From contig CBDAUE010000002.1 of NCBI GenBank assembly GCA_965200595.1, forward strand, positions 258,896 to 322,895: DNA of 64,000 nucleotides, in the 5' to 3' direction. Shown here one piece after another: positions 29,430-39,628 of the stretch; positions within the stretch are counted from its first letter, which is position 1, and each line of letters begins with the position of its first letter. The position numbers and the translations under genes are program-made. Below the pieces are notes generated by a model, which did no database searches, had not been told where the DNA came from, and worked only from the letters and a program-made list of their open reading frames with translations. The DNA comes from Thermodesulfobacteriota bacterium (GTDB taxonomy: Bacteria; Desulfobacterota_D; UBA1144; Nemesobacterales; Nemesobacteraceae).

Positions 29430-31853
29430 ATGGCTTCAGAAAAAATTGTTCAGGTGGCTTTGCCGATTAACTCCGAACAGCTTTTTCTGTATTCGGTTCC
29501 GGAATTTTTCCGGGAAGGGATCGCTGCGGGCAAAAGAGTGTTTGTGCCCCTGGGAAACCGCAAAGCCATAGGATATGTGGTTGGGGACGGGGCGGAGGAG
29601 GAAGTCGGTTTCAAGATTAAAGACATAATCGATATTCTTGATGAACTGCCGCTTTTTGATGAGAAGCGCCTGCAGTTTTTCCGCAGGGTCTCTGAGTACT
29701 ACATGGCGCCTCTGGGAGTTGTGCTTAAATTCGCCCATCCTTCCGGGCTCGGCAAAAGCGTCGGGAAGACCGTGCGGATCACGGACAAAGGGAAAAACCG
29801 CCTTGAGCAGGCGGCTCCTGCCCGCCTTGAGCGAAAAATCCTGGAGGCTCTTGCGCTTGAAGGAGAACTCTCTTCCGAGAAGCTTGTCGAACTTATCGAC
29901 GGAGCCTCTTTTGAGAATTTAAACTCTCTTAGAAACAGGGGGCATGTGGAGTTTGACTACAGGATCGTAAAAAATGACAAGATAAAGTACGAGAAGGTCT
30001 ATTCAGTCTGCTGCGACCCTGACACCGTCTCGGAGACAAGGCAGAAAAAACCGGCAAAGGGCGCCATACTTGAATTCATAAGTCAGCGCGGTTCCGTCCC
30101 CCGTTCGGAACTGGCAGAGATGTTCGGCAATTTCCAGGTTCACGTAAAGTGGCTTGTGGACAACGCTTTGCTCTCGGTGGAGCAAAAAGAGATCGGAAGG
30201 GACCCGTACGGGGCACTTGATGCGGAGCGGGAGCTTCCGAAGAAACTTACTCAGGATCAGCGTATGGCGATGGAGAAAATCCTGCCTTACGTGGACAGGG
30301 GGGAATATCGCTGTTTTCTTCTTCACGGCGTTACCGGAAGCGGAAAGACCGAGGTTTACTTAAGAACTGTCGGAGAAGTCATGGCCAGAGGGAAACAGGC
30401 GATCGTTCTCGTTCCCGAAATAGCGCTCACCCCGCTTCTGGTGAAAAGGTTCCGTTCGCGTTTCGGCGATGCCGTATCGGTGATTCACAGCGCTCTTAGC
30501 GAGGGCGAGAGGTTTGATGCGTGGAGGAGGGCCCGCAGCGGGGATCTGAGCGTGGTTATAGGTGCCCGCTCGGCGGTTTTCGCTCCGCTTGAGAATCTGG
30601 GCCTCGTGGTGGTTGACGAGGAGCATGAGTCCTCCTACAAGCAGAGCGAGGCGCCGCACTACAACGCCCGCGACGCTGCAGTCATGCTTGGAAACATATA
30701 CGGCTGTCCGGTGCTGCTGGGTTCTGCGACCCCTTCGCTTGAATCCTATGCAAACGCGATCAGGGGCAAGTACGAATATCTTTCTCTTCCCGCAAGGGTG
30801 GGTAGCAGCAGACTTCCCGATGTCGAACTTGTGGATATGAAAAACATAAATGAAGCTGTTTTCTCCCCGCGCCTGCGCGACGCCCTGATGGAGAATTTCG
30901 CCCGCGGGCAGCAGTCGATTCTTTTCATTAACAGAAGAGGTTTTTCAAACTTTCTGGTCTGCGGGTCTTGCGGCGAAATCTTCAGGTGTCCCAACTGCTC
31001 CATAACCCTTACCTTTCACAAAAAAGACAATTCGATCAAGTGCCATTACTGCGGGATTGTGCAGGAATTCGACAACAGCTGCTCAAGCTGCGGGGCAAAA
31101 TACATGGGCAGGGGCCTAGGAACCCAGAAAGTGGAGGAGCAGGTAAGAGCCATGCTTCCCGATGCCAGGGTCTTCATTATGGATCGGGACTATGCGAGCG
31201 GGAAAAACAAACTTCTTGACCTATACAGAAAACTTGAGTCCGGGGAGGTGGACATTCTTGTCGGGACCCAGATGGTGGCCAAGGGACACGATCTGCCGGG
31301 GGTTACACTTGTGGGTGTTCTCTCGGCCGATCATATGCTCGGCATTCCCGATTTCCGCTCGGGAGAAAGAACTTTCCAGGTCCTGGCCCAGGTAGCCGGA
31401 AGAACGGGCAGGGGGACAAAACCCGGCAGGGTCATTCTGCAGACATATAATCCGGAACATCCTTCGGTAAGATTTGCCGTCTCCCATAACAGTTCCGGGT
31501 TTCTCGAAGAGGAGCTTGAACTGAGAGAGTCTCTTGGTCAGCCTCCTTTTTCAAGGTTCATATCCTTAAGAGCAAACGGACTTGATGAGGAGAAAATGCG
31601 TGATTTCGCCGAAACAATGAAGCGCACGGCCGAGAAATTTCTTCTCAATCTTCCCCCGGGGTCGCTAAGAGTGCTCGGCCCCTCCGAGGCTCCTATATAC
31701 AAACTGAGAAACAGGTTCAGATGGCAGACCATTGCCGTGTCACAGAATCTGGGGATGCTTCGCAGCTACGCTTCGGCACTTTACGATTCGTTGAAAAAAC
31801 ACGCCTCGGGAATTAAACTTACGGTTGATGTTGATCCATATGATTTTATGTGA
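29430..31853 (+). CDS. priA: Primosomal protein N' (PriA helicase)
   Basis: MASEKIVQVALPINSEQLFLYSVPE… (3'BD), Walker A GVTGSGKTEV, DEEH, Cys-rich Zn region (CGSCGEIFRCPNC…CHYCG…CSSCG). Confidence 0.93.
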   Translation: MASEKIVQVALPINSEQLFLYSVPEFFREGIAAGKRVFVPLGNRKAIGYVVGDGAEEEVGFKIKDIIDILDELPLFDEKRLQFFRRVSEYYMAPLGVVLKFAHPSGLGKSVGKTVRITDKGKNRLEQAAPARLERKILEALALEGELSSEKLVELIDGASFENLNSLRNRGHVEFDYRIVKNDKIKYEKVYSVCCDPDTVSETRQKKPAKGAILEFISQRGSVPRSELAEMFGNFQVHVKWLVDNALLSVEQKEIGRDPYGALDAERELPKKLTQDQRMAMEKILPYVDRGEYRCFLLHGVTGSGKTEVYLRTVGEVMARGKQAIVLVPEIALTPLLVKRFRSRFGDAVSVIHSALSEGERFDAWRRARSGDLSVVIGARSAVFAPLENLGLVVVDEEHESSYKQSEAPHYNARDAAVMLGNIYGCPVLLGSATPSLESYANAIRGKYEYLSLPARVGSSRLPDVELVDMKNINEAVFSPRLRDALMENFARGQQSILFINRRGFSNFLVCGSCGEIFRCPNCSITLTFHKKDNSIKCHYCGIVQEFDNSCSSCGAKYMGRGLGTQKVEEQVRAMLPDARVFIMDRDYASGKNKLLDLYRKLESGEVDILVGTQMVAKGHDLPGVTLVGVLSADHMLGIPDFRSGERTFQVLAQVAGRTGRGTKPGRVILQTYNPEHPSVRFAVSHNSSGFLEEELELRESLGQPPFSRFISLRANGLDEEKMRDFAETMKRTAEKFLLNLPPGSLRVLGPSEAPIYKLRNRFRWQTIAVSQNLGMLRSYASALYDSLKKHASGIKLTVDVDPYDFM

Positions 31854-31862
31854 CCCTGTATT

Positions 31863-34661
31863 ATGAGAAAGAAAATTCCTTTTCCCGACGAGGAAAACGC
31901 ACGCTTAACCCTTGAGAGATTCGGTGAGATAAACGGCAGACTCTCCGCGAAGAAACGAAAAGCCCTCCGCATCATCTCTTCGCACAGCAGATTCCTCGGC
32001 AATTCAATCATAAGAAACCCACGCACGCTGAACGTGCTCACTAACGAAAAAACGCTGGCGAGAAAAAAAACGCTTTCTTCCCACAGACCTGCACTCGCCT
32101 CGATTGTGAGGAATTCGCAGAATTCAGATCAGTTCTCCGAAAAGCTGAAGGAATACAAATACACCGAACTGTCAAGAATAATCTACAGAGAGATTCTGGG
32201 TCTGTGCACGTTTCGCCAGACACTGGAGGAGATTTCCGACCTGGCGGGTTCTGTGGTAAGGGCGGTGCTTGATTTTCACAGGTCCCGAATCAACAGCGAA
32301 GACCAGTTTGATTTCGTAGTGCTGGGCATGGGAAAGCTCGGCGGAAGACTCTTGAATCTCAGTTCCGACATAGATCTGGTTTATCTTTACAGAAGCGAGG
32401 AGTATCCCGAGCAGATATTGACGCTTTTCTCATCAGTTACCAGGACGATAAGCTCCCTCTCGGCCGGAGGGTTTCTCTACAGAGTCGACCTGGGTCTGCG
32501 TCCGGGCGGGAACAGAAGTCCGGTGGCGGTGTCGATTGAAACGGCCCTTGATCATTATTACAACTGGGCCGAGACCTGGGAGAGAGCGGTGCTGCTAAAA
32601 GCCGCCCCGATTGCCGGAGATATTGAACTCGGTCGCGAGTTCCTAGAGGAGCTTGAGCCGATAATATACCGCAAGCTGCTTGATTACGAATCCATAGAGG
32701 ACCTCAAGAACATGAAGCTTCGTCTTGAAAGCATCCGCAAGGAAAACGACGTTAAGCTCGGCAGGGGAGGAATAAGGGATATAGAGTTTTTCGTGCAGGC
32801 CACCCAGCTTATGAGCGGAGGAGCGGTGAAAAGGCTAAGAGGGCTTTTAAACACCATCGACGGCCTTGCCGCCATGGCCGCAACGGGTTTCATAACCGAA
32901 AAAGTAAGGGAGGAGATGACGCACTGCTATCTTTTCTTAAGGAAGGTGGAACATTCGATTCAGCTGTGGGATGAGCGTCAAACGCACAGCATTCCCACAG
33001 ACGAGAGTTCTCTTGCAAGACTCTCAAGGAGGATGGGCTTTGAGAGCCCGGATGATTTCACAGACGCTTACGAGCAGATTACCTCGCTGGTAGTGAAAAA
33101 CTATGAAAGCCTGTTTGTTGACCCTGGAGCAGAGCTTGAAGAGAAAGGAAAAGAATTCTGGGAGGTGGCGGATTTTATAGCTGAGGGAAATATAAACCAC
33201 GAGGAGGCGATTTCGACCTTGGGAAATCTCGGTTTCTCGGCACCGGACGACGCGATCGAAATCATCTCAAGCCTCATGGATCCCCACAGGGCCGGCCTCA
33301 CGGAAAGGGGAAGGGTCCTTTCAAAAAAAGTCATACCGGCTTTTCTGTCAAACATAATCAGGCTTAGCAACCCGGATTCGGCACTCATGAATCTTGAAAG
33401 ATTCATCTCCGGTCTGGGATCCAAGATGTCGGTTTACTCGCTTCTTACGGAGAACCCGGAAATTATCTCTCTTCTCTCCAAGCTGTTTTCGAGAAGCGGC
33501 ATGCTGTCTAATTTTCTTATCAGGCATCCCGAGTATCTTGACTCGATCATACTAAAAGACGTAACGCGGTTCTACAATTCAAAGGAAACACTGGCTTCGG
33601 CGCTTGCAGAAGCCGTTTCAGTGGAGGAGTTTTTCGAGGACAAGCTAAACGCTCTTAGAAGTTTTAAGCACATTGAGTCGCTCAAGCTTTGCTTCAGGGA
33701 GCTTTCAGAGGAGCTTGACCCGATTTACGTGGGTAAATATCTGTCGATGGTTGCTGACGTGGTGATGGACTCGAGCCTTGACCTCGCCAGGGATTCGCTC
33801 AAGTGTTCTGCGGGAAAAAGAAAGCTTCTTGATAACATGGTTGTCCTGGGACTTGGCAAGCTCGGAGGAGGGGAAATGAGCTATGCTTCGGACCTTGATA
33901 TAATCTTCATTTACGAAGGAGACGACCACGAACTTTTCTCCAGATACGGTCAGAGATTTATCTCCAATCTTTCGGTCTACACCTCCGAGAGCTTCTGCTA
34001 CAAGGTGGATGTGGAACTGCGCCCGTCTGGAAACTCGGGCGCCCTTGTCACCTCCCTTGACGCATTTGAGGAATACCATGAATCAAGCGCCCATGTCTGG
34101 GAAAAACAGGCTCTTGTAAAAGCCCGTGCAGTTGCCGGAAATCCTGCGCTTGGCGAGAAGGTAATGAAAGTCATCGAAAGTTTCGTTTATACGGAAAAAC
34201 TTCCTCCGGATTTTCGCAAGGAAATCCACGGGTTTCGCGGAAGGATTGAAAACGAGCTGGCAAACGAGACGGAATCCAAGTTTAACCTCAAGACGGGCAG
34301 AGGAGGACTGGTTGACGTCGAGTTTTTAGTGCAGATGCTTCAGCTTGCCCACGGGCCTGAACACCCTGAACTGAGAACGCCAAGCACCATGGAAGCCATC
34401 CGTGCGCTCAGGCGGTGCGGGCTGATCGGGAGCTGGGAGGCTAATGCGCTTTCCGGAGGATATCTGTTTTTGAGAAGAATGGGCAACCTGCTCAGTCTGC
34501 TAAACGAGAGGGCCAAGAATGAAATCACGCCGAGGGATTTTGACCGGATCGCGGTTGAGTTCGGTTTCGGCGGCGAGGGAAATTTTCTAAAAGATGAATA
34601 TGCGCGCGTGACCGGGGAGATCAGAGGAATTTATAACAGGTACTTTATTGGAAGTGCTTAA
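31863..34661 (+). CDS. glnE: Bifunctional glutamine synthetase adenylyltransferase/adenylyl-removing enzyme (GlnE)
   Basis: Two nucleotidyltransferase modules (GMGKLGGRLLNLSSDIDLVYLY and GLGKLGGGEMSYASDLDIIFIY); 932 aa. Confidence 0.9.
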   Translation: MRKKIPFPDEENARLTLERFGEINGRLSAKKRKALRIISSHSRFLGNSIIRNPRTLNVLTNEKTLARKKTLSSHRPALASIVRNSQNSDQFSEKLKEYKYTELSRIIYREILGLCTFRQTLEEISDLAGSVVRAVLDFHRSRINSEDQFDFVVLGMGKLGGRLLNLSSDIDLVYLYRSEEYPEQILTLFSSVTRTISSLSAGGFLYRVDLGLRPGGNRSPVAVSIETALDHYYNWAETWERAVLLKAAPIAGDIELGREFLEELEPIIYRKLLDYESIEDLKNMKLRLESIRKENDVKLGRGGIRDIEFFVQATQLMSGGAVKRLRGLLNTIDGLAAMAATGFITEKVREEMTHCYLFLRKVEHSIQLWDERQTHSIPTDESSLARLSRRMGFESPDDFTDAYEQITSLVVKNYESLFVDPGAELEEKGKEFWEVADFIAEGNINHEEAISTLGNLGFSAPDDAIEIISSLMDPHRAGLTERGRVLSKKVIPAFLSNIIRLSNPDSALMNLERFISGLGSKMSVYSLLTENPEIISLLSKLFSRSGMLSNFLIRHPEYLDSIILKDVTRFYNSKETLASALAEAVSVEEFFEDKLNALRSFKHIESLKLCFRELSEELDPIYVGKYLSMVADVVMDSSLDLARDSLKCSAGKRKLLDNMVVLGLGKLGGGEMSYASDLDIIFIYEGDDHELFSRYGQRFISNLSVYTSESFCYKVDVELRPSGNSGALVTSLDAFEEYHESSAHVWEKQALVKARAVAGNPALGEKVMKVIESFVYTEKLPPDFRKEIHGFRGRIENELANETESKFNLKTGRGGLVDVEFLVQMLQLAHGPEHPELRTPSTMEAIRALRRCGLIGSWEANALSGGYLFLRRMGNLLSLLNERAKNEITPRDFDRIAVEFGFGGEGNFLKDEYARVTGEIRGIYNRYFIGSA

Positions 34662-36083
34662 ATGAATCAAAGAAGATGCGTTTTTTTTCTTGCCGACGGC
34701 GCAAGGATTGATGTCTTCACTGAACTTCTAAAAAGGGGCGACCTTGAAAACATACAGAAATACGTTGTTGAGCCCGGAGGTTTTTTTAAGGGGATCACGG
34801 TTTTTCCTTCCACGACGGGTCCTGCCTATACACCGTACCTTCTCGGCAAGTTTCCCGGCAGGTGCAACCTTCCCGGCATAAGGTGGTTTGACAGAAGGTA
34901 TTACTGCGGGACTCCGTTTTCCCTGCGAAGATTCAGAAGCTATGCCGGTCCCCAGTCTTCTCTTATCAACCATGACATAGAGAGCGACACCCCGACACTT
35001 TTCGGTCTGGTTCCTGGAAGCATCAGCATTCTTAACGAGATAACCAAGGGGATAAGTCCCGCCGGGGGGAGCAACAGGACTAAGTACCTTAAGTACTACT
35101 TAGTTGTAAAAAGCCATTTCACGGACAAAAGCGACAGTGTTGAAGAGGCCGCGGGAAGAATTCTGATTGATTCTCTGGGGAGTTCTCCGCGTTTTATTTT
35201 CTGCGTTTTCCCCGGAATAGATGCCTACTCTCATCGCTACCATCCGTTTCATGTCAAGGTTCTGGAATCGTACAGAAGGCTTGACCGTTACGTTGGCATG
35301 GTCGGGCAGAGACTTGCGGAGCAGGGAGAGCTTGACGATACGCTTTTCGTTGTTGGAAGCGACCATGGCCTTACGTCCACGCACTCCCATTTCGACTCCC
35401 TGGGTTTTCTTCAAAGACGGGGTTTTAAGCCGCTTTACTACACCAATGTGTTCAGGCATTTTCTCGATGCCGATTCATCTGTCATGGTTTCCGGAAACTC
35501 CATGGCTCATTACTATTTCAAAAATTCCGATGGATGGAAAAGACACACTTTCTGCGAAGAAGTAGCGGATATAGTTGAGAAACTCTCCCTGCGACCGGAA
35601 GTGGATATTGTCTGTGCCAGAACCGGCGGCAGGGGAGGGGAGGTGAAAATAACTAATCCCAGGGGGGAGGCTTTTGTGAGCATGGACGAAGAAGGTCTGA
35701 TCTGCTACAGAAATGTTTCCGGCAATCCTCTCGGCTACGGCTTTTCCTCAAAGAAAATGAATTATTCAGAGCTTCTTCGACTCACGATCGATTCTGACTA
35801 TCCGGATGCTCCTCTCCAGATCCTCCAGCTTTTCGAATCGCCTCGAACCGGCGACGTGGTGATCAGTTCAAAACCGGGCTATGACCTTAGGGCAACGCAC
35901 GAGAACCCCGAACATCACGGTTCTCACGGTTCCCTGCACAAAGACCACATGGAAGTTCCCGTTCTTATGAGCCGTCCGGCCCGATATGACTGCGTGCGAA
36001 CTGCAGATATCTTCTCGAGCATCGTCCGTTATCTGGGGTTTGAAATTCCCCCGGGAGTGGATGGAATGGATATTCTTGAGTGA
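34662..36083 (+). CDS. Alkaline-phosphatase-superfamily type I phosphodiesterase/nucleotide pyrophosphatase-like protein
   Basis: Metal/nucleophile motifs in the expected order: FLADGARID, FPSTTGPAYT (Thr nucleophile), IDAYSHRY, VVGSDHGLT, EHHGSHGS. ATG overlaps the glnE stop (TAAATG). Confidence 0.7.
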   Translation: MNQRRCVFFLADGARIDVFTELLKRGDLENIQKYVVEPGGFFKGITVFPSTTGPAYTPYLLGKFPGRCNLPGIRWFDRRYYCGTPFSLRRFRSYAGPQSSLINHDIESDTPTLFGLVPGSISILNEITKGISPAGGSNRTKYLKYYLVVKSHFTDKSDSVEEAAGRILIDSLGSSPRFIFCVFPGIDAYSHRYHPFHVKVLESYRRLDRYVGMVGQRLAEQGELDDTLFVVGSDHGLTSTHSHFDSLGFLQRRGFKPLYYTNVFRHFLDADSSVMVSGNSMAHYYFKNSDGWKRHTFCEEVADIVEKLSLRPEVDIVCARTGGRGGEVKITNPRGEAFVSMDEEGLICYRNVSGNPLGYGFSSKKMNYSELLRLTIDSDYPDAPLQILQLFESPRTGDVVISSKPGYDLRATHENPEHHGSHGSLHKDHMEVPVLMSRPARYDCVRTADIFSSIVRYLGFEIPPGVDGMDILE

Positions 36084-36089
36084 GCGGCT

Positions 36090-36587
36090 TTAGGAGAAGA
36101 TTTCCTCTATCTGACTGCTGACTTCCCCTTCTTTTTTCCTGAGCGCTATGGAAAGTTCCCTGACCACATGGGAATGGGCGTTCTCCATTATTCTTTTCTC
36201 GCCAAAAGAGAGGTTTTTTACCTTTTTCAGGTGTTGTATGTCCCTTAGCACTCTGGCTATTTCGTATATGTCGCCGCTTTTAACCTTATCGGCGTATTCC
36301 TTATACCTTTTGTTCCAGCTTTGAACTCCAAGTTTTGGTATTTGACCGTTTTCTTCCTTCAGTATGTCAAGGATTTTCTTCACTTCCTTTTTTGGCACCA
36401 CAGGCCTTAAGCCAACAGACTCTATGTTGTCGGTGGGTACCATGAGCTTTACATTGCTTTCAAGAACATTAAGTATGTAAAAGACTTTTTTTGAACCCAG
36501 TATTTCCTTTTCCTCGATTCCCTGAACCTCAACCACGCCGTAAACCGGATACACAGCGTTCTGCCCTGCTTTAAATTTTCTGCTCAT
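36090..36587 (-). CDS. carD: CarD/CdnL-family RNA-polymerase-binding transcription factor
   Basis: MSRKFKAGQNAVYPVYGVVEVQGIEEKEILGSKKVFYIL… (RNAP-interacting Tudor-like N domain); 165 aa. Confidence 0.85.
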   Translation of the reverse strand: MSRKFKAGQNAVYPVYGVVEVQGIEEKEILGSKKVFYILNVLESNVKLMVPTDNIESVGLRPVVPKKEVKKILDILKEENGQIPKLGVQSWNKRYKEYADKVKSGDIYEIARVLRDIQHLKKVKNLSFGEKRIMENAHSHVVRELSIALRKKEGEVSSQIEEIFS

Positions 36588-36668
36588 TTCATTAAATTAT
36601 ATCCAAAAAGGCACTGTACCTGATTTATGACCGGTTTGCCAGAAACCGGACGAGAAGGGGTCAGAACA

Positions 36669-37889
36669 ATGGATAAAAGCTGCGATTTTCTTGTTGTTGG
36701 CGGAGGAATTGTGGGTCTTGCAATCACAAATGAGCTTCTTCTGCGCGGCTTTGATAACATCATTGTTCTGGAAAAGGAAAGGAACTTGGGAGCGCATGCA
36801 AGCGGCCGTAACAGCGGAGTTCTCCATGCCGGGATTTATTACACGCCCGATTCTCTAAAGGCCCGGTACTGTATTGAGGGAAACCGGCTGATGAAGGATT
36901 TCTGCCGTGATAACGGAGTTGCCATATCTGAATGCGGCAAGGTTATAGTGGCGGATTCCGAGGAGAAGTTTGAAGGACTTCAGGCACTTCAGCAAAGGGC
37001 GCGGAGAAACGGGGTGGAATCGTATCTTATCGATGAAAAAGAGCTTGCGCAGATAGAACCGCATGCAGCTACGGTTGGCAAAGCCATATATTCTCCTGCG
37101 ACATCAGTGTTTGATCCTCTGGGCGTTCTCAATGCTCTTTGTTTGAAGATAGAAAAAACAGGGAGAGCACGCGTGTTTTTTGACACGGTTTTCACCGGAC
37201 GGAAAGAGGATCACACAGCCCTTACCAGTGCGGGAGAGATAGGTTATGGAAAACTCATAAACGCTGCCGGGCTCCATGCGGACATTCTGGCGCGCCAGTT
37301 TGAAGTGGGTCTTAGGTACAGAGCTATCCCCTTTATGGGTTCCTACAGAGAACTTACACAGAAAAGCGCTTACCTTGTCCGCGGCAATATCTATCCGGTT
37401 CCCGACCCGAGAATGCCTTTTCTGGGGGTCCACTATACGAGGAGCACCTCGGGACGTGTCTTTATCGGTCCCACCGCCGTGCCCGTCCTGGGAAGGGAGA
37501 GCTACGGATTTCTTGAGGATCTGGGCCTTGAGTCGTTCCGGTTTCTTTACAGAAACGCGTCGATGTTAATAAGTGACAGCGGTTTCAGGGCAAACGCGCT
37601 CTCCGAGGCGAAAAAATATCTGGGCTCCCACTTCTACTCAGAAGCCAGAAAGCTGATTCCCGGCCTTATGCCCGGTCATCTGGTAAGTTCTGCGAAAACC
37701 GGAATTCGCTCGCAGCTTGTGGACTGGAAGGAGAAAAAACTTGTTATGGACTACGTTGTCAGCAAAGAAGAAAACACCGTTCATGTGCTAAATGCCATAT
37801 CTCCCGCTTTTACCTCCTCAATGTCTTTTGCCAAATACGTGGTGGACATTCTGTTTGAAAAAGAAGTTCCCCAGACCCGGTTAACATGA
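36669..37889 (+). CDS. lhgO: FAD-dependent L-2-hydroxyglutarate oxidase/dehydrogenase (LhgO family)
   Basis: CDFLVVGGGIVGLAIT… Rossmann FAD motif; …RNSGVLHAGIYY…; start taken at MDKSC (36669). Confidence 0.8.
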   Translation: MDKSCDFLVVGGGIVGLAITNELLLRGFDNIIVLEKERNLGAHASGRNSGVLHAGIYYTPDSLKARYCIEGNRLMKDFCRDNGVAISECGKVIVADSEEKFEGLQALQQRARRNGVESYLIDEKELAQIEPHAATVGKAIYSPATSVFDPLGVLNALCLKIEKTGRARVFFDTVFTGRKEDHTALTSAGEIGYGKLINAAGLHADILARQFEVGLRYRAIPFMGSYRELTQKSAYLVRGNIYPVPDPRMPFLGVHYTRSTSGRVFIGPTAVPVLGRESYGFLEDLGLESFRFLYRNASMLISDSGFRANALSEAKKYLGSHFYSEARKLIPGLMPGHLVSSAKTGIRSQLVDWKEKKLVMDYVVSKEENTVHVLNAISPAFTSSMSFAKYVVDILFEKEVPQTRLT

Positions 37890-38043
37890 GACTTTTTTCC
37901 GGGAGTGTTTTTTTGTCGCCCCTCCTTCCCCTTATAAAAAAGGTTTCCCCGCATATATCCTTTTTTTCTTCTCAAGCGTAAAAGGGATCGGCAGCCTCAT
38001 TAAGCGCCGCTCAACACGTAATAAGCAATTTTTTTGTTTTTCC

Positions 38044-38072
38044 TTGAAAAATTCCGGCAATCGCATTTAATA
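38044..38072 (+). promoter_or_regulatory. Candidate sigma-70 promoter upstream of nuoF: TTGAAA (38044-38049), 17 nt spacer, TTAATA (38067-38072)
   Basis: AT-rich 240-bp intergenic region; the hexamers and spacing fit consensus. Confidence 0.3.
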
Positions 38073-38126
38073 TTTATCCGTTACTTATCCTTTTTCCCGT
38101 TTAGAGTTGCTGTAACCGGACTTGAA

Positions 38127-39389
38127 ATGCCCGAGCAGAAGATCATAAGAAATTACGTCGACAGGCCCAACTCCTGCACCATCGGGTCGTATTTATCCTC
38201 GGGCGGATACTCGGCCTCAAAAAAGGTCCTTGGTATGGCCCCCGGAGAAGTAACCGATGTGGTCAAGAAATCGGGTCTGCGGGGGAGGGGAGGGGCGGGT
38301 TTTCCTGCGGGGATAAAGTGGAGCTTCATCCCGCCCGACTCCGGAAAACCGGTTTACCTGTGCTGCAATGCCGATGAAAGCGAACCCGGAAGTTTCAAGG
38401 ACAGGGAGATTCTGGAGAAAGATCCCCATCAGATGATAGAGGGCATAATAATTGCCTGCTACGCTATCCGCTCCCACAAGGCCTATATATATATAAGAGG
38501 AGAGATGCCGTACGGAGCCAGACGGATACAGCAGGCCATAGAAGAAGCTTACGAACACGGTTATTTGGGAGAAAACATACTTCTGAGCGGTTTTGATCTT
38601 GATATGAAGCTCTATATGGGTGCCGGTGCCTATATATGCGGAGAGGAAACAGGTCTTCTTGAGTCAATAGAGGGAAAAAAGGGAGAACCGAGACCCAAGC
38701 CCCCTTTCCCGGCTCAGGTAGGCCTTTTCGGCTGTCCCACAATAGTCAATAACGTGGAGACGCTTGCATGCGTTCCCCATATAATAAACAACGGAGCGGA
38801 CTGGTTTGCCTCGATAGGGACTCCCAGAAACACCGGAACCAAAATCTTCGGGCTGAGCGGGCACGTTAACAAGCCCGGTCTTTACGAGCTTCCCCTCGGA
38901 ATAAACCTTCTTGAACTGATTGAAGAGTACGGCGGAGGAATTCCGCGAGGAAGAAAAATAAAGGCCGTTTCTCCGGGTGGTTCTTCTTCCGCAGTTTTTT
39001 CCGCGGACGAACTGGATATTGCGATGGATTTCGATACAGTGGCGTCTGCGGGATCCATGCTCGGAACTGCAGGAGTAACGGTTATGGATGAAACGGTGAG
39101 CATGATCAAGGTAGCCCAGAACCTTGCCCATTTCTACAGGGACGAGTCATGCGGACAGTGCGTTCAGTGCAGGGAGGGAACGTGGTGGCTTGAGAAGATA
39201 CTCAGGGAGATTGACGAGGGCAAGGGGTCCGTTGAGTACCTCGACATAATACTTGATGCATGCTCGCAGATGAGGGGAACAACCATATGTGCTCTTGCTG
39301 ACGGTTGCGCCATGCCCGTCGAATCAATAGTCATAAAGTTCAGAGACGAATTTGAAAATCATATAAAAAAGGGGTGTTCTCAGGGGTAA
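38127..39389 (+). CDS. nuoF: NADH-quinone oxidoreductase subunit F-like (NuoF/HoxF 51-kDa flavoprotein family), orphan
   Basis: MPEQKIIRNY…GLRGRGGAGFPAGIKW… (FMN/NADH site); C-terminal 4Fe-4S Cys motif ESCGQCVQCREG; no nuoE or nuoG adjacent. Confidence 0.85.
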   Translation: MPEQKIIRNYVDRPNSCTIGSYLSSGGYSASKKVLGMAPGEVTDVVKKSGLRGRGGAGFPAGIKWSFIPPDSGKPVYLCCNADESEPGSFKDREILEKDPHQMIEGIIIACYAIRSHKAYIYIRGEMPYGARRIQQAIEEAYEHGYLGENILLSGFDLDMKLYMGAGAYICGEETGLLESIEGKKGEPRPKPPFPAQVGLFGCPTIVNNVETLACVPHIINNGADWFASIGTPRNTGTKIFGLSGHVNKPGLYELPLGINLLELIEEYGGGIPRGRKIKAVSPGGSSSAVFSADELDIAMDFDTVASAGSMLGTAGVTVMDETVSMIKVAQNLAHFYRDESCGQCVQCREGTWWLEKILREIDEGKGSVEYLDIILDACSQMRGTTICALADGCAMPVESIVIKFRDEFENHIKKGCSQG

Positions 39390-39628
39390 GGAAGATTTTG
39401 CTCACCTTCGGCGAGCGCTGCAGTTTTGCGGTCAGCAGTAAACCCCGTCTTCGGAGTCAGCTGCCTCAGCCATTTTCCGGAAAGATTTTTCTTGTTGTAT
39501 CTTCTCATTGGGCGATTACGCTGTCGCTGAAGTAAACAGCCCTTTATGCTCTGCGACATGTTAGTTTGGCGTCTGTAAGCTTGCTGGAATACTTATGACA
39601 GGCAGTTGGAGAGGGATTATATTATTGT

